This document shows, in pieces, positions 41,044 through 53,339 of a DNA stretch of 61,103 nt (within the stretch, counting starts at the first letter, position 1; each line of letters starts with the position of its first letter). The position numbers were made by a program, and so were the translations under genes. The notes below the pieces were generated by a model that saw only the letters and a program-made list of their open reading frames with translations, was not told where the DNA came from and did no database searches. This DNA comes from Candidatus Methylopumilus sp. (GTDB taxonomy: Bacteria; Pseudomonadota; Gammaproteobacteria; Burkholderiales; Methylophilaceae), in NCBI GenBank assembly GCA_036567085.1, contig DATCVG010000025.1, forward strand, positions 1-61,103, written 5' to 3'.

Positions 41044-42363
41044 ATGGTAAAGCAAATCGACATCATTAAGCCATCAAAAATTTTTCCTAATCAAGATTTG
41101 GTTTGTTTAAGAACTATGGTTCATGATGATCCAGGTTCTATCGAGACTTATTTAAAAGTAGGTGGGTATGAACAACTTAAAAAAATACTCAAAAAGAAAA
41201 TAAAGCCTGAAGCAATCTTAGCTGAATTAAAAACATCAGGACTGAGAGGTCGAGGTGGTGCGGGATTCCCAACGGCAATTAAATGGTCATTTATGTCGCG
41301 CGATTACGATGGTATGAAATATCTCGTCTGTAATTCAGATGAAGGCGAGCCTGGTACATTTAAAGATCGAGACATTCTAAGATATAACCCACATCAGCTT
41401 ATTGAAGGTATGCTCATCGCAGCTTATGTAATGGGCACGCGTGTAGGTTATAACTATATTCACGGCGAGATATGGCGTGAATACGAACTCTTTGAAAAAG
41501 CACTTGATGAAGCAAAAGACCACGGATTTTTAGGCGAAGACATTTTAGGATCAGATTTTAGTTTTGATTTATATGCAGTGCATGGTTATGGTGCTTACAT
41601 TTGTGGTGAAGAGACAGCGCTGATCGAATCGATCGAAGGAAAAAAAGGGCAACCGCGTTACAAACCACCATTCCCAGCAACTTATGGAATCTACGGCAAA
41701 CCTACAAATGTAAATAACACAGAAACATTTGCATCTGTGCCTTGGATCCTGGAGCACGGCGGTCAAGCATTCCAAGATTTAGGTGTTGAAAATTCCGGTG
41801 GCGTTAAATTATTTTCTGTATCAGGCCATGTGGAAAAGCCAGGTAATTATGAAATTAAAATGGGCACTCCTTTCAGTGAATTATTAGATATAGCTGGCGG
41901 TATTTGGCATCGCAGAAAATTAAAAGCGGTGATTCCGGGTGGCCCTTCCACAGCAGTTGTTCCCGCAGCGCTTATTGAAAATGCGACCATGGATTATGAC
42001 GGATTACAAAAAATTGGTTCGAGCTTAGGCGCGGGTTCCGTGATTATTATGGACGACTCTACCTGTATGGTCAGTGTACTAAAACGTCTTTCTTATTTCT
42101 TTTATGAAGAATCTTGTGGCCAATGTACACCGTGTCGTGAAGGTACAGGTTGGGTTTATCGTGTTATTAAAAGAATTGTGGATAGTAAAGGCACTATGGA
42201 AGATCTTGATCTTTTAACGGATGTCAGTAAAAAGATTTCTGGCAGAACTATATGCGCTTTGGGTGATGCAGCTGCCACACCCGTATTAAGTTTCATTAAA
42301 CATTTTAGACCTGAGTTTGAATATTTTATTCAATACGGGCATTCAATGGTTAAAGCTAAATGA
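41044..42363 (+). CDS. nuoF: NADH-quinone oxidoreductase subunit F
   Basis: [39 protein letters not shown]. Confidence 0.97.
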   Translation: MVKQIDIIKPSKIFPNQDLVCLRTMVHDDPGSIETYLKVGGYEQLKKILKKKIKPEAILAELKTSGLRGRGGAGFPTAIKWSFMSRDYDGMKYLVCNSDEGEPGTFKDRDILRYNPHQLIEGMLIAAYVMGTRVGYNYIHGEIWREYELFEKALDEAKDHGFLGEDILGSDFSFDLYAVHGYGAYICGEETALIESIEGKKGQPRYKPPFPATYGIYGKPTNVNNTETFASVPWILEHGGQAFQDLGVENSGGVKLFSVSGHVEKPGNYEIKMGTPFSELLDIAGGIWHRRKLKAVIPGGPSTAVVPAALIENATMDYDGLQKIGSSLGAGSVIIMDDSTCMVSVLKRLSYFFYEESCGQCTPCREGTGWVYRVIKRIVDSKGTMEDLDLLTDVSKKISGRTICALGDAAATPVLSFIKHFRPEFEYFIQYGHSMVKAK

Positions 42364-44750
42364 CAATTACAATTGAAATTGATGGCAAGAAAATTGAAGT
42401 AGAAAAAAATACGACGATTATTGCTGCTGCAGATAAAGCAGGTATTCCAATTCCTCGCTTTTGTTACCATAAAAAATTATCGATCGCAGCAAATTGTCGT
42501 ATGTGTTTGGTTGATGTAGAGAAATTCAATAAACCGTTGCCGGCATGTGCTACGCAAGTTACTGATGGTATGAAAGTTTCAACCACATCTAAAATGGCTA
42601 CCGATGCGCAGCAAAGTGTCATGGAATTTTTGCTTATCAATCATCCACTAGATTGCCCGATTTGTGATCAAGGCGGCGAATGTGAATTGCAAGATACTGC
42701 AGTGGCTTTTGGTAGTGGTCAGACGCGTTACAAAGAAGAAAAACGAGTGGTATTTAATAAAAATATAGGCCCACTCATTTCGACAGATATGACGCGATGT
42801 ATTCAATGCACGCGATGTGTGAGATTTTTACAAGAAGTCGGCGGCATGATGGAGCTTGGCATGGTGGGTCGTGGTGAGCATTCAGAAATTACAGCTTATG
42901 TTGATCGCTCGATTCAGTCTGAACTCTCAGGCAATATTATCGATTTATGTCCTGTAGGCGCACTTACAAGTAAACCATTTAGATACAAAGCCCGCACCTG
43001 GGAGCTCATTAGAAGGCCTACTATAGCCCATCATGATAGTTTAGGTTCACCTCTTGAGGCGCATATTAAACAAAATAAAGTGATTCGAATGCTTCCTCGC
43101 GAAGATGAAGCAATCAATGAATGTTGGATTTCTGATCGCGATCGTTTTTCATATGAGGGGTTGAATAGCGAAGACCGTTTGCAAGCTCCTATGATTAAAG
43201 AAAACGGGCAATGGAAAGAATCGGATTGGGAATCTGCATTAGCATTGATTAGCGAAAAACTAAAACATATTGTAGACCATGATGGCCCTGAAACATTGGG
43301 CATCCTCATATCACCGCAAAGCACGATTGAGGAAGGCATCTTAGCTAAGAAAATAAGCAACACTTTAAATTCGCCTCATATTGATCATCGTATTCGTCAA
43401 TCTGATTTTTCATTGGAGCATCAAGGTTCGCCATGGTTAGGAAGTCATATTGATGCGATCGGTCATTTTGATCAATATCTTTTGATTGGGAGCAACATAA
43501 GAAATGAACAGCCACTTTTGACTTCAAGAATTCGTAAGTCTGTAAATCAAGGTGCAAATCTTTTCGTAGTTAATTCAGTTGATGCAGATCCTCTCATGAC
43601 GGTATCTGAAAAGTTGATTCAAGCTTCTCATAAACTTCCTCACGCACTCGCAAAAGTTTTGAAATCAATGACAGAATTAAAAGGTGTATTAAGAAAAGAT
43701 ATTAAATTTATAAAAGCTGATATTAAAAAAATTAAAACCGACAAAGTAAGTGATGGAATAGCCCAGCATCTAATGAAAAATGTTTTAGCTGGCAGAAAAA
43801 ATAACACATCTATATTGCTTGGCCAAATAGCTCAAGAACATCCAGACTTCTCGACTATTTATAAGCTTGCTTTTGAAATTTCAAAATTATCTCAAGCGAC
43901 TTTTGGTGTTTTACCCACATATGCAAATAGCGTAGGACTTCATGCTGTTAATGTGCTTCCAGAAAGAGGGGGTTTAAATGCATATGCGATGTTGGAGAAA
44001 AAATTAAAGGCCTATATTCTTTTAAATGTTGAGCCTCAACTAGACACATCGAATGCACAATTAATGCAAGATGCAATTACTTCTTCAGACTTCACTGTGG
44101 CACTAAGTTCTTACAATTCGAAATATCTTAAAAATGTAGATGTACTTTTACCAGTCTCACCATTTACAGAATCGTCCGGTACGATTATTAACATGGAAGG
44201 CCGAGTACAAAGTTATGCTGCTGTGACGCAATCTTTAGGTCAATCGAGACCAGCCTGGAAAGTATTAAGGGTATTAGCCAATCATCTTAACTTAAAGGGA
44301 TTTGATTACGAATCGAGTTTAGATGTCAAAGAAGAGCATATGAAATCTAAAAATCAATTCATTTCAAAAGAACTTTCTAATGCAATTGATATTTCAAATA
44401 ATTACAAAATATCTACCACGAAGCCTAAGCAATTCTCGCGCATTGGCGAAATACATCAATATCGTGTGGATCCTATTGTAAGAAGAGCTTCATCTCTTCA
44501 AATAGCGATTCAAAAATCAAAAGCGTTTGCGAAACTAAACCCGATAGAGATGAAGTCATTAAGACTTAAAGGAAATGACAAAATTAATATTACACAAGGT
44601 AATCAATCAATCAATCTTGTTGTGATAGAAGATGTAAGTATCCCAGAAGGATCTATTTATATACCAAGCGGTATCGATGAAACGGCAAATCTGTCTGATA
44701 TTTATGGTGATGTTACCGTTAAAAAAATAACTTTAAGGAGTGCATCTTAA
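42360..44750 (+). CDS. nuoG: NADH-quinone oxidoreductase subunit G
   Basis: [49 protein letters not shown]. Confidence 0.96.
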   Translation: MTITIEIDGKKIEVEKNTTIIAAADKAGIPIPRFCYHKKLSIAANCRMCLVDVEKFNKPLPACATQVTDGMKVSTTSKMATDAQQSVMEFLLINHPLDCPICDQGGECELQDTAVAFGSGQTRYKEEKRVVFNKNIGPLISTDMTRCIQCTRCVRFLQEVGGMMELGMVGRGEHSEITAYVDRSIQSELSGNIIDLCPVGALTSKPFRYKARTWELIRRPTIAHHDSLGSPLEAHIKQNKVIRMLPREDEAINECWISDRDRFSYEGLNSEDRLQAPMIKENGQWKESDWESALALISEKLKHIVDHDGPETLGILISPQSTIEEGILAKKISNTLNSPHIDHRIRQSDFSLEHQGSPWLGSHIDAIGHFDQYLLIGSNIRNEQPLLTSRIRKSVNQGANLFVVNSVDADPLMTVSEKLIQASHKLPHALAKVLKSMTELKGVLRKDIKFIKADIKKIKTDKVSDGIAQHLMKNVLAGRKNNTSILLGQIAQEHPDFSTIYKLAFEISKLSQATFGVLPTYANSVGLHAVNVLPERGGLNAYAMLEKKLKAYILLNVEPQLDTSNAQLMQDAITSSDFTVALSSYNSKYLKNVDVLLPVSPFTESSGTIINMEGRVQSYAAVTQSLGQSRPAWKVLRVLANHLNLKGFDYESSLDVKEEHMKSKNQFISKELSNAIDISNNYKISTTKPKQFSRIGEIHQYRVDPIVRRASSLQIAIQKSKAFAKLNPIEMKSLRLKGNDKINITQGNQSINLVVIEDVSIPEGSIYIPSGIDETANLSDIYGDVTVKKITLRSAS

Positions 44751-44752
44751 AG

Positions 44753-45784
44753 ATGGATGCTTTGATGACATCTTTCTTTGGAGCTTGGTGGCCTGATATT
44801 GCAAAAACATTATGGATACTTTTAAAAATTGTAGCTGTCGTTTTGCCTTTGATGATATCGGTGGCTTATCTCACATATTTTGAGAGAAAAGTCATTGGAT
44901 ACATGCAAGTGCGTATTGGACCTAATCGTGTAGGATATTATGGATTACTTCAGCCAATTGCTGATGCCTTAAAACTTTTATTCAAAGAGATTATTCTCCC
45001 GACAGCATCAAATAAAGTTTTATTTTTCTTGGCACCTATTTTAGCAATTGCACCAGCTTTTGCTGCTTGGGCTGTTATCCCTTTTGATCTTAATTTAGTG
45101 ATTGCAGATATTGATGCAAGTCTTTTATATATTTTAGCTATGACATCTATTGCAGTTTATGGAGTGATTATTGCAGGATGGGCTTCAAATTCTAAGTATG
45201 CATTTTTAGGAAGTCTACGTTCCGCGGCGCAGATTGTGTCTTATGAAATTGCCATGGGATTCACGCTAGTAGGCGTTTTAATGTGTGCCAATAGTTTAAA
45301 TTTAGGAAAAATTGTCTTAGGGCAAGAAGGAGGTTTTTGGCATTGGTATATCTGGCCTTTATTTCCTTTATTTATTATCTATTTTATCAGCGCTGTAGCA
45401 GAAACAAATCGAGCGCCTTTTGATGTGGCTGAAGGCGAATCTGAAATTGTGGCTGGATTTCATGTGGAATATTCCGGTATGGCATTCGCAGTTTTTTTCT
45501 TAGCTGAATATGCGAATATGATTTTAGTCTCGATGCTTGCAGCTTTAATGTTCTTAGGTGGATGGTTATCTCCCATTCCATTTATTCCAGATGGCTTTTT
45601 ATGGCTTTTAATTAAGGTTGCATTTTTACTATTTTGCTTCTTATGGTTTCGAGCCACATTCCCTCGTTATCGATATGATCAAATTATGCGATTAGGCTGG
45701 AAAATTTTTATTCCAATTACAATTGCATGGATAGTATTTATTGGTGGCATGATGCAAACCTCATGGGGATATCTATTTCACTAA
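44753..45784 (+). CDS. nuoH: NADH-quinone oxidoreductase subunit H
   Basis: [34 protein letters not shown]. Confidence 0.97.
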   Translation: MDALMTSFFGAWWPDIAKTLWILLKIVAVVLPLMISVAYLTYFERKVIGYMQVRIGPNRVGYYGLLQPIADALKLLFKEIILPTASNKVLFFLAPILAIAPAFAAWAVIPFDLNLVIADIDASLLYILAMTSIAVYGVIIAGWASNSKYAFLGSLRSAAQIVSYEIAMGFTLVGVLMCANSLNLGKIVLGQEGGFWHWYIWPLFPLFIIYFISAVAETNRAPFDVAEGESEIVAGFHVEYSGMAFAVFFLAEYANMILVSMLAALMFLGGWLSPIPFIPDGFLWLLIKVAFLLFCFLWFRATFPRYRYDQIMRLGWKIFIPITIAWIVFIGGMMQTSWGYLFH

Positions 45785-46276
45785 ATGATTAAAAAAACCA
45801 AACAATTCTTATCAAGTCTAATGCTCATTGAGCTTCTTAAAGGCATGCTCCTTACAGGCCGCTATTTTTTTGCAAGAAAGATTACTGTGCAGTATCCGGA
45901 AGAAAGAACGCCACAATCTAATCGCTTTAGAGGCCTTCATGCGCTACGTCGTTATGCAAATGGTGAAGAGCGTTGTATTGCCTGTAAATTATGTGAAGCT
46001 GTATGCCCTGCTATGGCAATTACGATTGAATCCGAAGAACGGGAAGATAAAACAAGACGTACGACCCGTTATGACATTGATCTTACTAAATGTATCTTTT
46101 GTGGTTTCTGTGAAGAATCTTGTCCAGTGGATTCTATTGTTGAAACAAGAATTTTTGATTACCACGGGGAGTCTCGGGGTGATTTAATTTATACGAAAGA
46201 CATGTTGCTTGCCGTAGGTGACAAATATGAAAAACAAATTGCAGAAGACCGTGCTCAAGATGAGAGGTTTCGATAA
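45785..46276 (+). CDS. nuoI: NADH-quinone oxidoreductase subunit I
   Basis: [12 protein letters not shown] and [12 protein letters not shown]. Confidence 0.98.
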   Translation: MIKKTKQFLSSLMLIELLKGMLLTGRYFFARKITVQYPEERTPQSNRFRGLHALRRYANGEERCIACKLCEAVCPAMAITIESEEREDKTRRTTRYDIDLTKCIFCGFCEESCPVDSIVETRIFDYHGESRGDLIYTKDMLLAVGDKYEKQIAEDRAQDERFR

Positions 46277-46279
46277 ATC

Positions 46280-46906
46280 ATGATTGAATTTAAAGATTTC
46301 GTATTTTATGTTTTATCCTTCGTGCTTATTGCTTCAGGATTGAGCGTCATTACCTCTAGGAATCCTGTAACAGCAGCACTATCTTTAGTATTAGCATTTT
46401 TTAACGCCGCAGGCATATGGCTTTTATTGCAAGCTGAATTTTTAGCGATTGCATTGGTACTAGTTTATGTAGGTGCTGTGATGGTCTTATTTCTATTTGT
46501 GGTAATGATGCTTGATATCAATCTAGATAAATTAAGAGAAGGTTTCTGGGATTACCTACCTATGGCAGGATTTATAGGCCTCCTTATGATGGTTGAAATG
46601 GTGATGGTCTTTAAAACCAAACCATTTAATCTAGCGCCTATTGCAGAGCCAATTTCAAATACCTCGAATACAGAAATGATAGGCAATACTTTATATTCTA
46701 ATTACGTGCTCCCGTTTGAACTTGCTTCTGTTGTCTTACTTATTGCTATTGTTTCAGCAATTGCTTTAACACTGCGCGATCGTAAAGATAGCAAAAAAAC
46801 AAATCCTGCAGATCAGGTAGCTGTCAAGCGTCAAGATCGTGTGCGAATAGTTAGAATGAAATCAGAGGAAAAGTATATAAAACCCAAAGCGAAGGAAAGA
46901 ACATGA
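46280..46906 (+). CDS. nuoJ: NADH-quinone oxidoreductase subunit J
   Basis: [24 protein letters not shown]. Confidence 0.96.
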   Translation: MIEFKDFVFYVLSFVLIASGLSVITSRNPVTAALSLVLAFFNAAGIWLLLQAEFLAIALVLVYVGAVMVLFLFVVMMLDINLDKLREGFWDYLPMAGFIGLLMMVEMVMVFKTKPFNLAPIAEPISNTSNTEMIGNTLYSNYVLPFELASVVLLIAIVSAIALTLRDRKDSKKTNPADQVAVKRQDRVRIVRMKSEEKYIKPKAKERT

Positions 46907-47208
46907 TTGGTTTATCTCATTACCTTATCCTTGCTGCAATTTTATTTACGATCAGTGTAGTAGGTATTTTTCTTAACCGAAAAAATATTATTATTTTGCT
47001 TATGTCGATTGAGCTGATGTTGCTTGCCGTGAATATTAACTTTATTGCATTTTCTCATTACTTAAACGATATTGCAGGACAAATTTTTGTGTTCTTTATT
47101 TTAACGATTGCAGCTGCAGAGTCAGCAATAGGCTTAGCTATTATCGTTTTAATTTTTAGAAATACTCGCTCTATTAACGTTGACGATTTAAATCGTCTTA
47201 ACGGGTGA
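46903..47208 (+). CDS. nuoK: NADH-quinone oxidoreductase subunit K
   Basis: [18 protein letters not shown]. Confidence 0.97.
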   Translation: MIGLSHYLILAAILFTISVVGIFLNRKNIIILLMSIELMLLAVNINFIAFSHYLNDIAGQIFVFFILTIAAAESAIGLAIIVLIFRNTRSINVDDLNRLNG

Positions 47209-47212
47209 TAGC

Positions 47213-49216
47213 TTGAATTCTATTTATTCCTATTTAGCAGTTCCGTTATTGCCTCTTATAGCGTCTTTCTGCGTAGGCATCTTAGGTCGAAAATTACCTG
47301 AATTTTTTGCATCAACTATGACTATTTTGTCTGTTTTTATTGCATTTGTTCTTTCATGTTTCACGCTTAATGAAACATCAAATGGGTTAGTTTTAAATCA
47401 GACAATCTATCAGTGGCTTCTTACAGGACATTATCAATTTGAGGTTGGTTTTTTAATTGACAATTTAACAGCCATGATGATGGTTGTTGTAACTTTTGTA
47501 TCGCTGATGGTTCACATTTATACGATGGGTTATATGAAAGGGGATCCAGGCTACCGAAGATTCTTTAGTTATATCTCCTTATTTACTTTTTCAATGTTGA
47601 TGTTAGTTATGAGTAATAATTTCATGCAGCTCTTTTTTGGATGGGAAGCAGTAGGCCTTGTGTCTTATCTTCTTATTGGATTCTGGTTTGAAAGACCTAC
47701 TGCAATTTATGCAAATCTCAAAGCTTTTCTGGTTAATCGTGTTGGTGATTTTGGTTTTATTTTAGGTATTGCTTTAATTCTTTATTGGACGGGCTCACTC
47801 GATTACGCGACGGTATTTAATAGCACAGGGATTATAGCGGCCCACACGATGCAGTTATTTGGACAGCCTATTTCCGTCGTCACAGTCATATGTATTTTGT
47901 TATTTATTGGAGCTATGGGCAAATCTGCACAAGTGCCATTGCATGTATGGCTTCCAGATTCAATGGAAGGACCGACACCTATATCCGCCTTGATACATGC
48001 TGCGACGATGGTCACCGCAGGTATTTTTATGGTCACACGAGCATCACCTTTATTTGAATTATCTGATACTGCACTTTCTTTTGTCATGATCATTGGTGCT
48101 ATTACCGCATTATTTATGGGTTTATTAGGCATTATTCAAAATGACATTAAGCGTGTTATTGCATATTCAACACTTTCACAATTAGGTTATATGACAGTAG
48201 CGCTCGGTGCTTCAGCTTATTCAGTGGCTATGTTTCATTTAATGACACATGCATTCTTTAAAGCTTTGCTTTTCTTAGGCGCTGGTTCAGTCATTATAGG
48301 TATGCATCATGATCAAAATATTCAACACATGGGCAATTTAAAAAAATATATGCCTATTACATGGATTACTTTTTTAATTGGCTCTTTAGCATTAATAGGC
48401 ACACCATTATTTTCAGGATTCTATTCAAAAGATAGCTTGATTGAAGCTGTGAAATTCTCCCATATCACAGGAAGCCACTTCGCTTATTTTGCTATATTGA
48501 TAGGCGTTTTTATAACGGCTTTTTATTCGTTTAGACTTTATTTCCTAGTATTTCATGGCAAAGAGAAATGGCGTCTTCAGAAGTTGGTGCATCATGATGA
48601 TCACCATCATGGCTTGAGCGCAAAAGATAACCCACACGAGAGTCCTTTAAGTATTACTTTGCCTTTGGCACTGCTTGCCATCCCGTCTTTAGTAATTGGC
48701 TATATGACAATCGAGCCTATATTGTTCGGTAACTTTTTTACAAAAAGCATTTTCTTAGATATTAAAGCGCATCCTTCGATGGAACACTTAAGCCATCATT
48801 TCCATGAAATTTATCATGGACCTTTTGGTATGGCATTACACAGCCTAGTGAGTTTACCTTTCTTATTTGCTTTAAGTGGGGTTGCCTTAGCTTATTACTG
48901 TTACCAAGTGAATTTAAATTTACCCAAAGCTATTTTCAATCGAACACAAATGATTTGCCGCATATTAGAAAATAAATATGGATTTGATACATTTAATGAA
49001 AAGTTTTTTGCTTTTGGCAGTCGTTTTTTAGGTGAAAGATTCTGGCAAATAGGTGATGTAAAAATTATTGATGGATGGCTTGTCAATGGAACAGCAAAAT
49101 CTATCGGTAAGTTTGCAGAAAAAATACGCGTGATTCAATCGGGTTATATTTATCACTATGCTTTTGCGATGGTGATAGGTGTATTTTTATTTTTAACCTT
49201 CTTTATAAAAATATAA
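47213..49216 (+). CDS. nuoL: NADH-quinone oxidoreductase subunit L
   Basis: NRVGDFG, GKSAQVPLHVWLPDSMEGPTP, THAFFKALLFL; TTG start. Confidence 0.96.
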   Translation: MNSIYSYLAVPLLPLIASFCVGILGRKLPEFFASTMTILSVFIAFVLSCFTLNETSNGLVLNQTIYQWLLTGHYQFEVGFLIDNLTAMMMVVVTFVSLMVHIYTMGYMKGDPGYRRFFSYISLFTFSMLMLVMSNNFMQLFFGWEAVGLVSYLLIGFWFERPTAIYANLKAFLVNRVGDFGFILGIALILYWTGSLDYATVFNSTGIIAAHTMQLFGQPISVVTVICILLFIGAMGKSAQVPLHVWLPDSMEGPTPISALIHAATMVTAGIFMVTRASPLFELSDTALSFVMIIGAITALFMGLLGIIQNDIKRVIAYSTLSQLGYMTVALGASAYSVAMFHLMTHAFFKALLFLGAGSVIIGMHHDQNIQHMGNLKKYMPITWITFLIGSLALIGTPLFSGFYSKDSLIEAVKFSHITGSHFAYFAILIGVFITAFYSFRLYFLVFHGKEKWRLQKLVHHDDHHHGLSAKDNPHESPLSITLPLALLAIPSLVIGYMTIEPILFGNFFTKSIFLDIKAHPSMEHLSHHFHEIYHGPFGMALHSLVSLPFLFALSGVALAYYCYQVNLNLPKAIFNRTQMICRILENKYGFDTFNEKFFAFGSRFLGERFWQIGDVKIIDGWLVNGTAKSIGKFAEKIRVIQSGYIYHYAFAMVIGVFLFLTFFIKI

Positions 49217-49217
49217 G

Positions 49218-50720
49218 ATGAATTTAACCCATATATTAAGTTATTCAATTTGGACGCCTATCTTTTTAGGTGGACTTATACTTTTATTAAGTGGAAAAGT
49301 AAACGATACACAAGCTAAATGGCTTTCACTTATCAGTAGTGTGATTTCATTTTTAATCACGATCCCACTTTACACGGCCTTTGATTTTTCTTTTGGACAG
49401 TTCCAGTTCCAGGAATTTTTTCATTGGATTCCAGCTTTTCATATTAACTACCATTTAGGTGTAGATGGATTCGCTGTACCTTTAATTCTTTTAACAAGCT
49501 TTACTACATTAATTGTAGTCATCGCTTCATGGCGATCTATAGAAGACCGTGTTGCACAATACATGGCGGCTTTCTTGATCATGTCAGGCCTTATGATTGG
49601 TGTTTTTAGTGCGCTTGATGCCATGCTTTATTATATTTTTTGGGAAGCTATGCTTATCCCTATGTTTTTGGTGATTGGTATTTGGGGTGGGCCTAATCGC
49701 ATTTATGCCACGATTAAATTCTTTTTATATACTGTTTTAGGTTCTTTATTAATGTTGGTAGCGTTTATTTATCTCTACTTACATACTCATTCATTTGAGA
49801 TAGTGAATTTTTATAATACCGGTCTTGGTCTTTATCCTCAGATTTTTATCTTCCTTGCTTTGTTTATGGCATTTGCAGTCAAAATTCCAATGTGGCCTTT
49901 ACATACGTGGCTACCTGATGCTCACGTTGAAGCCCCGACAGGAGGTTCAGTAGTATTAGCAGCAGTGATGTTGAAATTAGGCGCATATAGCTTTATGCGA
50001 TTTGCAATGCCAATCGCACCTGACGCTGCGATCTATTTAAAAGGGTTTATGGTGACTCTATCACTCATTGCTATTTTATATATTGCACTGATTGCAATTG
50101 TTCAAAAAGATATGAAAAAATTGATAGCTTATTCATCGATATCACATATGGGCTTTGTCACGTTAGGCTTATTTATGTTTAATTCAATTGGCATTGAGGG
50201 CGCATATGTTCAAATGATTTCTCATGGTTTTATTTCAGCTGCGATGTTTTTATCTGTAGGTGTTTTATACGATAGATTACATACAAGACAGATTGCAGAT
50301 TATGGTGGTGTCATTCACGCAATGCCAACTTTTGGAGCCTTTGCAGTATTTTTTGCTATGGCTAACTGTGGACTGCCAGGGACTTCAGGATTCGTAGGTG
50401 AATTTATGGTTATTATGGGTGCAATGCAGAATAATTTCTGGATTGCATTGATTGCTGCAAGCTCTTTAATTTTCGGTGCAGCTTATTCTTTATGGATGGT
50501 TAAGCGAGTATTTTATGGTGAAGCACGCAATCAAAAAATCAGCGCTTTAAAAGATATCTCGTGGCGTGAATTTTTCATACTTTCTGTATTGGCACTTCTT
50601 ATTATTTTAATAGGCATTTATCCGAAGATAATTACGGATATGACAAATGCAACAACAGTTCAATTTTTAGAGTACATGCATTTGATAAAACCTGTCACAT
50701 CATTACCGCTGGATGTATAA
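49218..50720 (+). CDS. nuoM: NADH-quinone oxidoreductase subunit M
   Basis: FAVKIPMWPLHTWLPDAHVEAP, LPGTSGFVGEF. Confidence 0.97.
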   Translation: MNLTHILSYSIWTPIFLGGLILLLSGKVNDTQAKWLSLISSVISFLITIPLYTAFDFSFGQFQFQEFFHWIPAFHINYHLGVDGFAVPLILLTSFTTLIVVIASWRSIEDRVAQYMAAFLIMSGLMIGVFSALDAMLYYIFWEAMLIPMFLVIGIWGGPNRIYATIKFFLYTVLGSLLMLVAFIYLYLHTHSFEIVNFYNTGLGLYPQIFIFLALFMAFAVKIPMWPLHTWLPDAHVEAPTGGSVVLAAVMLKLGAYSFMRFAMPIAPDAAIYLKGFMVTLSLIAILYIALIAIVQKDMKKLIAYSSISHMGFVTLGLFMFNSIGIEGAYVQMISHGFISAAMFLSVGVLYDRLHTRQIADYGGVIHAMPTFGAFAVFFAMANCGLPGTSGFVGEFMVIMGAMQNNFWIALIAASSLIFGAAYSLWMVKRVFYGEARNQKISALKDISWREFFILSVLALLIILIGIYPKIITDMTNATTVQFLEYMHLIKPVTSLPLDV

Positions 50721-52172
50721 ATGAATTCATTCATTCAATCTGATCTTTCTTTAATCTTGCCAGAAATTTTTGTGCTTTCCATGGCAATGATTGTGCTTAT
50801 GACAGATTTATTTATTAAGCCATCGATGCGCTGGATTATTTTTGCGCTATCTCAATTTGCCTTATTAGGCGGCGCTTATTTGACTGGCCAACATTTTAAT
50901 CATGAAACTGAATTTGCTTTTTCTAATATGTTTGTTCGTGATGGTTTAGCAGATCTTTTAAAGATGATGAGTTATTTAGGAACGTCACTGATTTTTTTCT
51001 ATAGTCGGTCTTATATGAAAGATCGTAATTTATATCGTGGTGAATATTTTTCACTCGTTCTATTTGCATTACTTGGCATGATGATTATGATTTCAAGTCA
51101 TAATATGCTGCTCGTTTATATGGGTCTAGAGCTTCTCTCTTTATGTTTATATTCTCTAACAGCTCTTGATCGTGACAATCAAAAAGCGACAGAGTCCGCA
51201 ATTAAATATTTTGTATTAGGCGCTCTTGCATCAGGACTTCTTCTTTATGGTATGTCGATGATTTATGGCGCGACATCAAGCTTAGATTTAAATGTGATTT
51301 CGATCGCATTGTTAAATCACCCCACAGACCATGCCATTCTTGTCTTAGGCCTTGTTTTTGTAGTTGCTGGCCTTGCTTTTAAATTAGGCGCAGTGCCATT
51401 TCAAATGTGGGTGCCGGATGTATATGAAGGCTCACCCTCATCTATCGCTATGCTGATTAGTTCAGTGCCTAAATTAGCGGCTTTTGCAATTACCGTTCGT
51501 ATATTAGGTGATGGTCTTCAGTCTATGATGGTGGATTGGAAGCAAATGATACTTATTATGGCGGTTCTTTCTATCGGTATCGGAAATGTTATAGCGATTG
51601 CACAAACAAATATCAAGCGTATGTATGCATATTCAACGATTTCTCATATTGGCTTTACTCTTTTCGGATTCATGAGTGGAACACTCAATGGTTACGCATC
51701 AAGTTTATTTTACGTTGTGAGCTATATGTTTATGACTTTAGTTTCTTTTGCAGTGTTAATGATGATGTCTCGGAAAAATTTTGAGTGTGAAACGCTTGAA
51801 GATTTTAAAGGTTTAAATAAAAGAAATCCTTGGTATGCATTTCTTATGTTAATCACTATGTTAAGCATGGCAGGCATACCCCCTACCATAGGTTTTTACG
51901 CAAAGTTTATGGTGCTTCAAGCAGCATTTGATGCAGGCTTTGCAAGTTTTGTGGTCTATGCAGTCATGATGGCTTTAGTGGGTATGTTTTATTACATGAG
52001 AATTGTAAAACTTATGTACTTTGATGAGCCACAATTAAAAAATAAATTAGATGTGTCCATCGATATGCGATGGATCTTATCAGCTAACGCATTAGCGCTT
52101 CTAGTTATTGGTTTAATGCCACATTCATTTATGGATGCTACTGCTCAAGCAATAGCTTTAAGTCTTCATTAA
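50721..52172 (+). CDS. nuoN: NADH-quinone oxidoreductase subunit N
   Basis: ESAIKYF, FKLGAVPFQMWVPDVYEG, SMAGIPP. Confidence 0.97.
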   Translation: MNSFIQSDLSLILPEIFVLSMAMIVLMTDLFIKPSMRWIIFALSQFALLGGAYLTGQHFNHETEFAFSNMFVRDGLADLLKMMSYLGTSLIFFYSRSYMKDRNLYRGEYFSLVLFALLGMMIMISSHNMLLVYMGLELLSLCLYSLTALDRDNQKATESAIKYFVLGALASGLLLYGMSMIYGATSSLDLNVISIALLNHPTDHAILVLGLVFVVAGLAFKLGAVPFQMWVPDVYEGSPSSIAMLISSVPKLAAFAITVRILGDGLQSMMVDWKQMILIMAVLSIGIGNVIAIAQTNIKRMYAYSTISHIGFTLFGFMSGTLNGYASSLFYVVSYMFMTLVSFAVLMMMSRKNFECETLEDFKGLNKRNPWYAFLMLITMLSMAGIPPTIGFYAKFMVLQAAFDAGFASFVVYAVMMALVGMFYYMRIVKLMYFDEPQLKNKLDVSIDMRWILSANALALLVIGLMPHSFMDATAQAIALSLH

Positions 52173-52460
52173 ATGACTCAGTGGATCCTCATCTTAATTA
52201 CTATCATCATGGCTAATGTGCCTTGGATGTTTAATGATTTTCTTTTTATTAAGAAATTCCCCTCTTATAAAAAACCATTTTCTTGGGCTTTACTTGAAGT
52301 TGTCATTTTATATTTTGTGACCGGCGGTATTGCACTATTTACAGAACTTAAAGTAGTAGGACATATTCACCCGCAAGATTGGGAATTTTATACAGTGACT
52401 TTCTTTTTGTTTTTAGTTTTTTCTTTTCCTGGATTTATTCTTAAAACGCTTTGGAAATAA
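52173..52460 (+). CDS. DUF2818 family membrane protein
   Basis: ANVPW...E...HPQDWEFY...FPGF; usual gene after nuoN in Betaproteobacteria. Confidence 0.8.
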   Translation: MTQWILILITIIMANVPWMFNDFLFIKKFPSYKKPFSWALLEVVILYFVTGGIALFTELKVVGHIHPQDWEFYTVTFFLFLVFSFPGFILKTLWK

Positions 52461-53299
52461 AATCTACTAAAGTATTAATTGTAGGCTGCGGTCAACTTGG
52501 CTTTTCGGTTGCTAAAAATATTGATTGCCATATTTTTAAACTGTATGGATTTAGTCGAAGTTTAAAAAAATCACCCCCTTCCATTGAAATGCATCAGGTG
52601 GATATTTTAAAAACTGAAACTATTGATACTATTAAATCAATAAATCCTGAAATCATAATCTATGCAGTTTCTGCAGATGCACAATCTGTTGAGAGCTATC
52701 AAGATCATTATGTGGTTGGCTTAAAAAAAACTTACAAAGCTATTTTAGATCTCGATCACTTTAAGCATCTTTTCTTTGTTTCAAGCACGAGAGTTTATGG
52801 ACAAAAAACAACAAAGATCTTAAGTGAGTTTGATGTTGCTCAACCTTCTGATTACGGAGGTGAAGCGTTAATGGAAGCTGAAACGATTGCGCGTCAATTA
52901 AAAGAAAAGGCCACTATATTGCGTTTATCTGGAATATACGGCCCCACTCGAACCCGCATGATTCAATTAGCGCAGAGTAATCCTGGCAATTGGCCTGCAA
53001 CCAATAATTGGTCTAACCGAATTCACGAGGAAGATGCTGCACGCTTTATTGTTTTTCTCATGAATAAAATTGTGAGACAAGAATCTATCGAATCACTTTA
53101 TCTTGTGACAGATGGCGAACCTACTAAACAATATGATGTATTAACGTGGATTAGAAAATATCTCAAACTAAGCACAGATACCATTGAGATACCTATTGTG
53201 GAAGGGGGGAAGCAATTACGATCTGTTTTATTGAACCAAACTGGATTCACATTAAAGTATCCTGATTATACATACGGCTACAAAGCGATGATTGATTAG
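52451..53299 (+). CDS. NAD-dependent epimerase/dehydratase (atypical SDR)
   Basis: VLIVGCGQLG, FVSSTRVYG, LRLSGIYGP, NRIHEEDAA; TTG start. Confidence 0.85.
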   Translation: MEIKSTKVLIVGCGQLGFSVAKNIDCHIFKLYGFSRSLKKSPPSIEMHQVDILKTETIDTIKSINPEIIIYAVSADAQSVESYQDHYVVGLKKTYKAILDLDHFKHLFFVSSTRVYGQKTTKILSEFDVAQPSDYGGEALMEAETIARQLKEKATILRLSGIYGPTRTRMIQLAQSNPGNWPATNNWSNRIHEEDAARFIVFLMNKIVRQESIESLYLVTDGEPTKQYDVLTWIRKYLKLSTDTIEIPIVEGGKQLRSVLLNQTGFTLKYPDYTYGYKAMID

Positions 53300-53320
53300 G
53301 GTTCTTCAATAGGATAGAAT
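53292..53320 (+). promoter_or_regulatory. Putative sigma70 promoter for tRNA-Val
   Basis: TTGATT, 17-bp spacer, TAGAAT, 19 bp before the tRNA. Confidence 0.65.
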
Positions 53321-53339
53321 CCAAACTCCTAAATTCTTT

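Noticed and set aside
48590-48820. His-rich segments in NuoL (HHDDHHHG; HLSHHFHEIYH)
   Set aside because: His-rich loops at these positions are common in proteobacterial NuoL.
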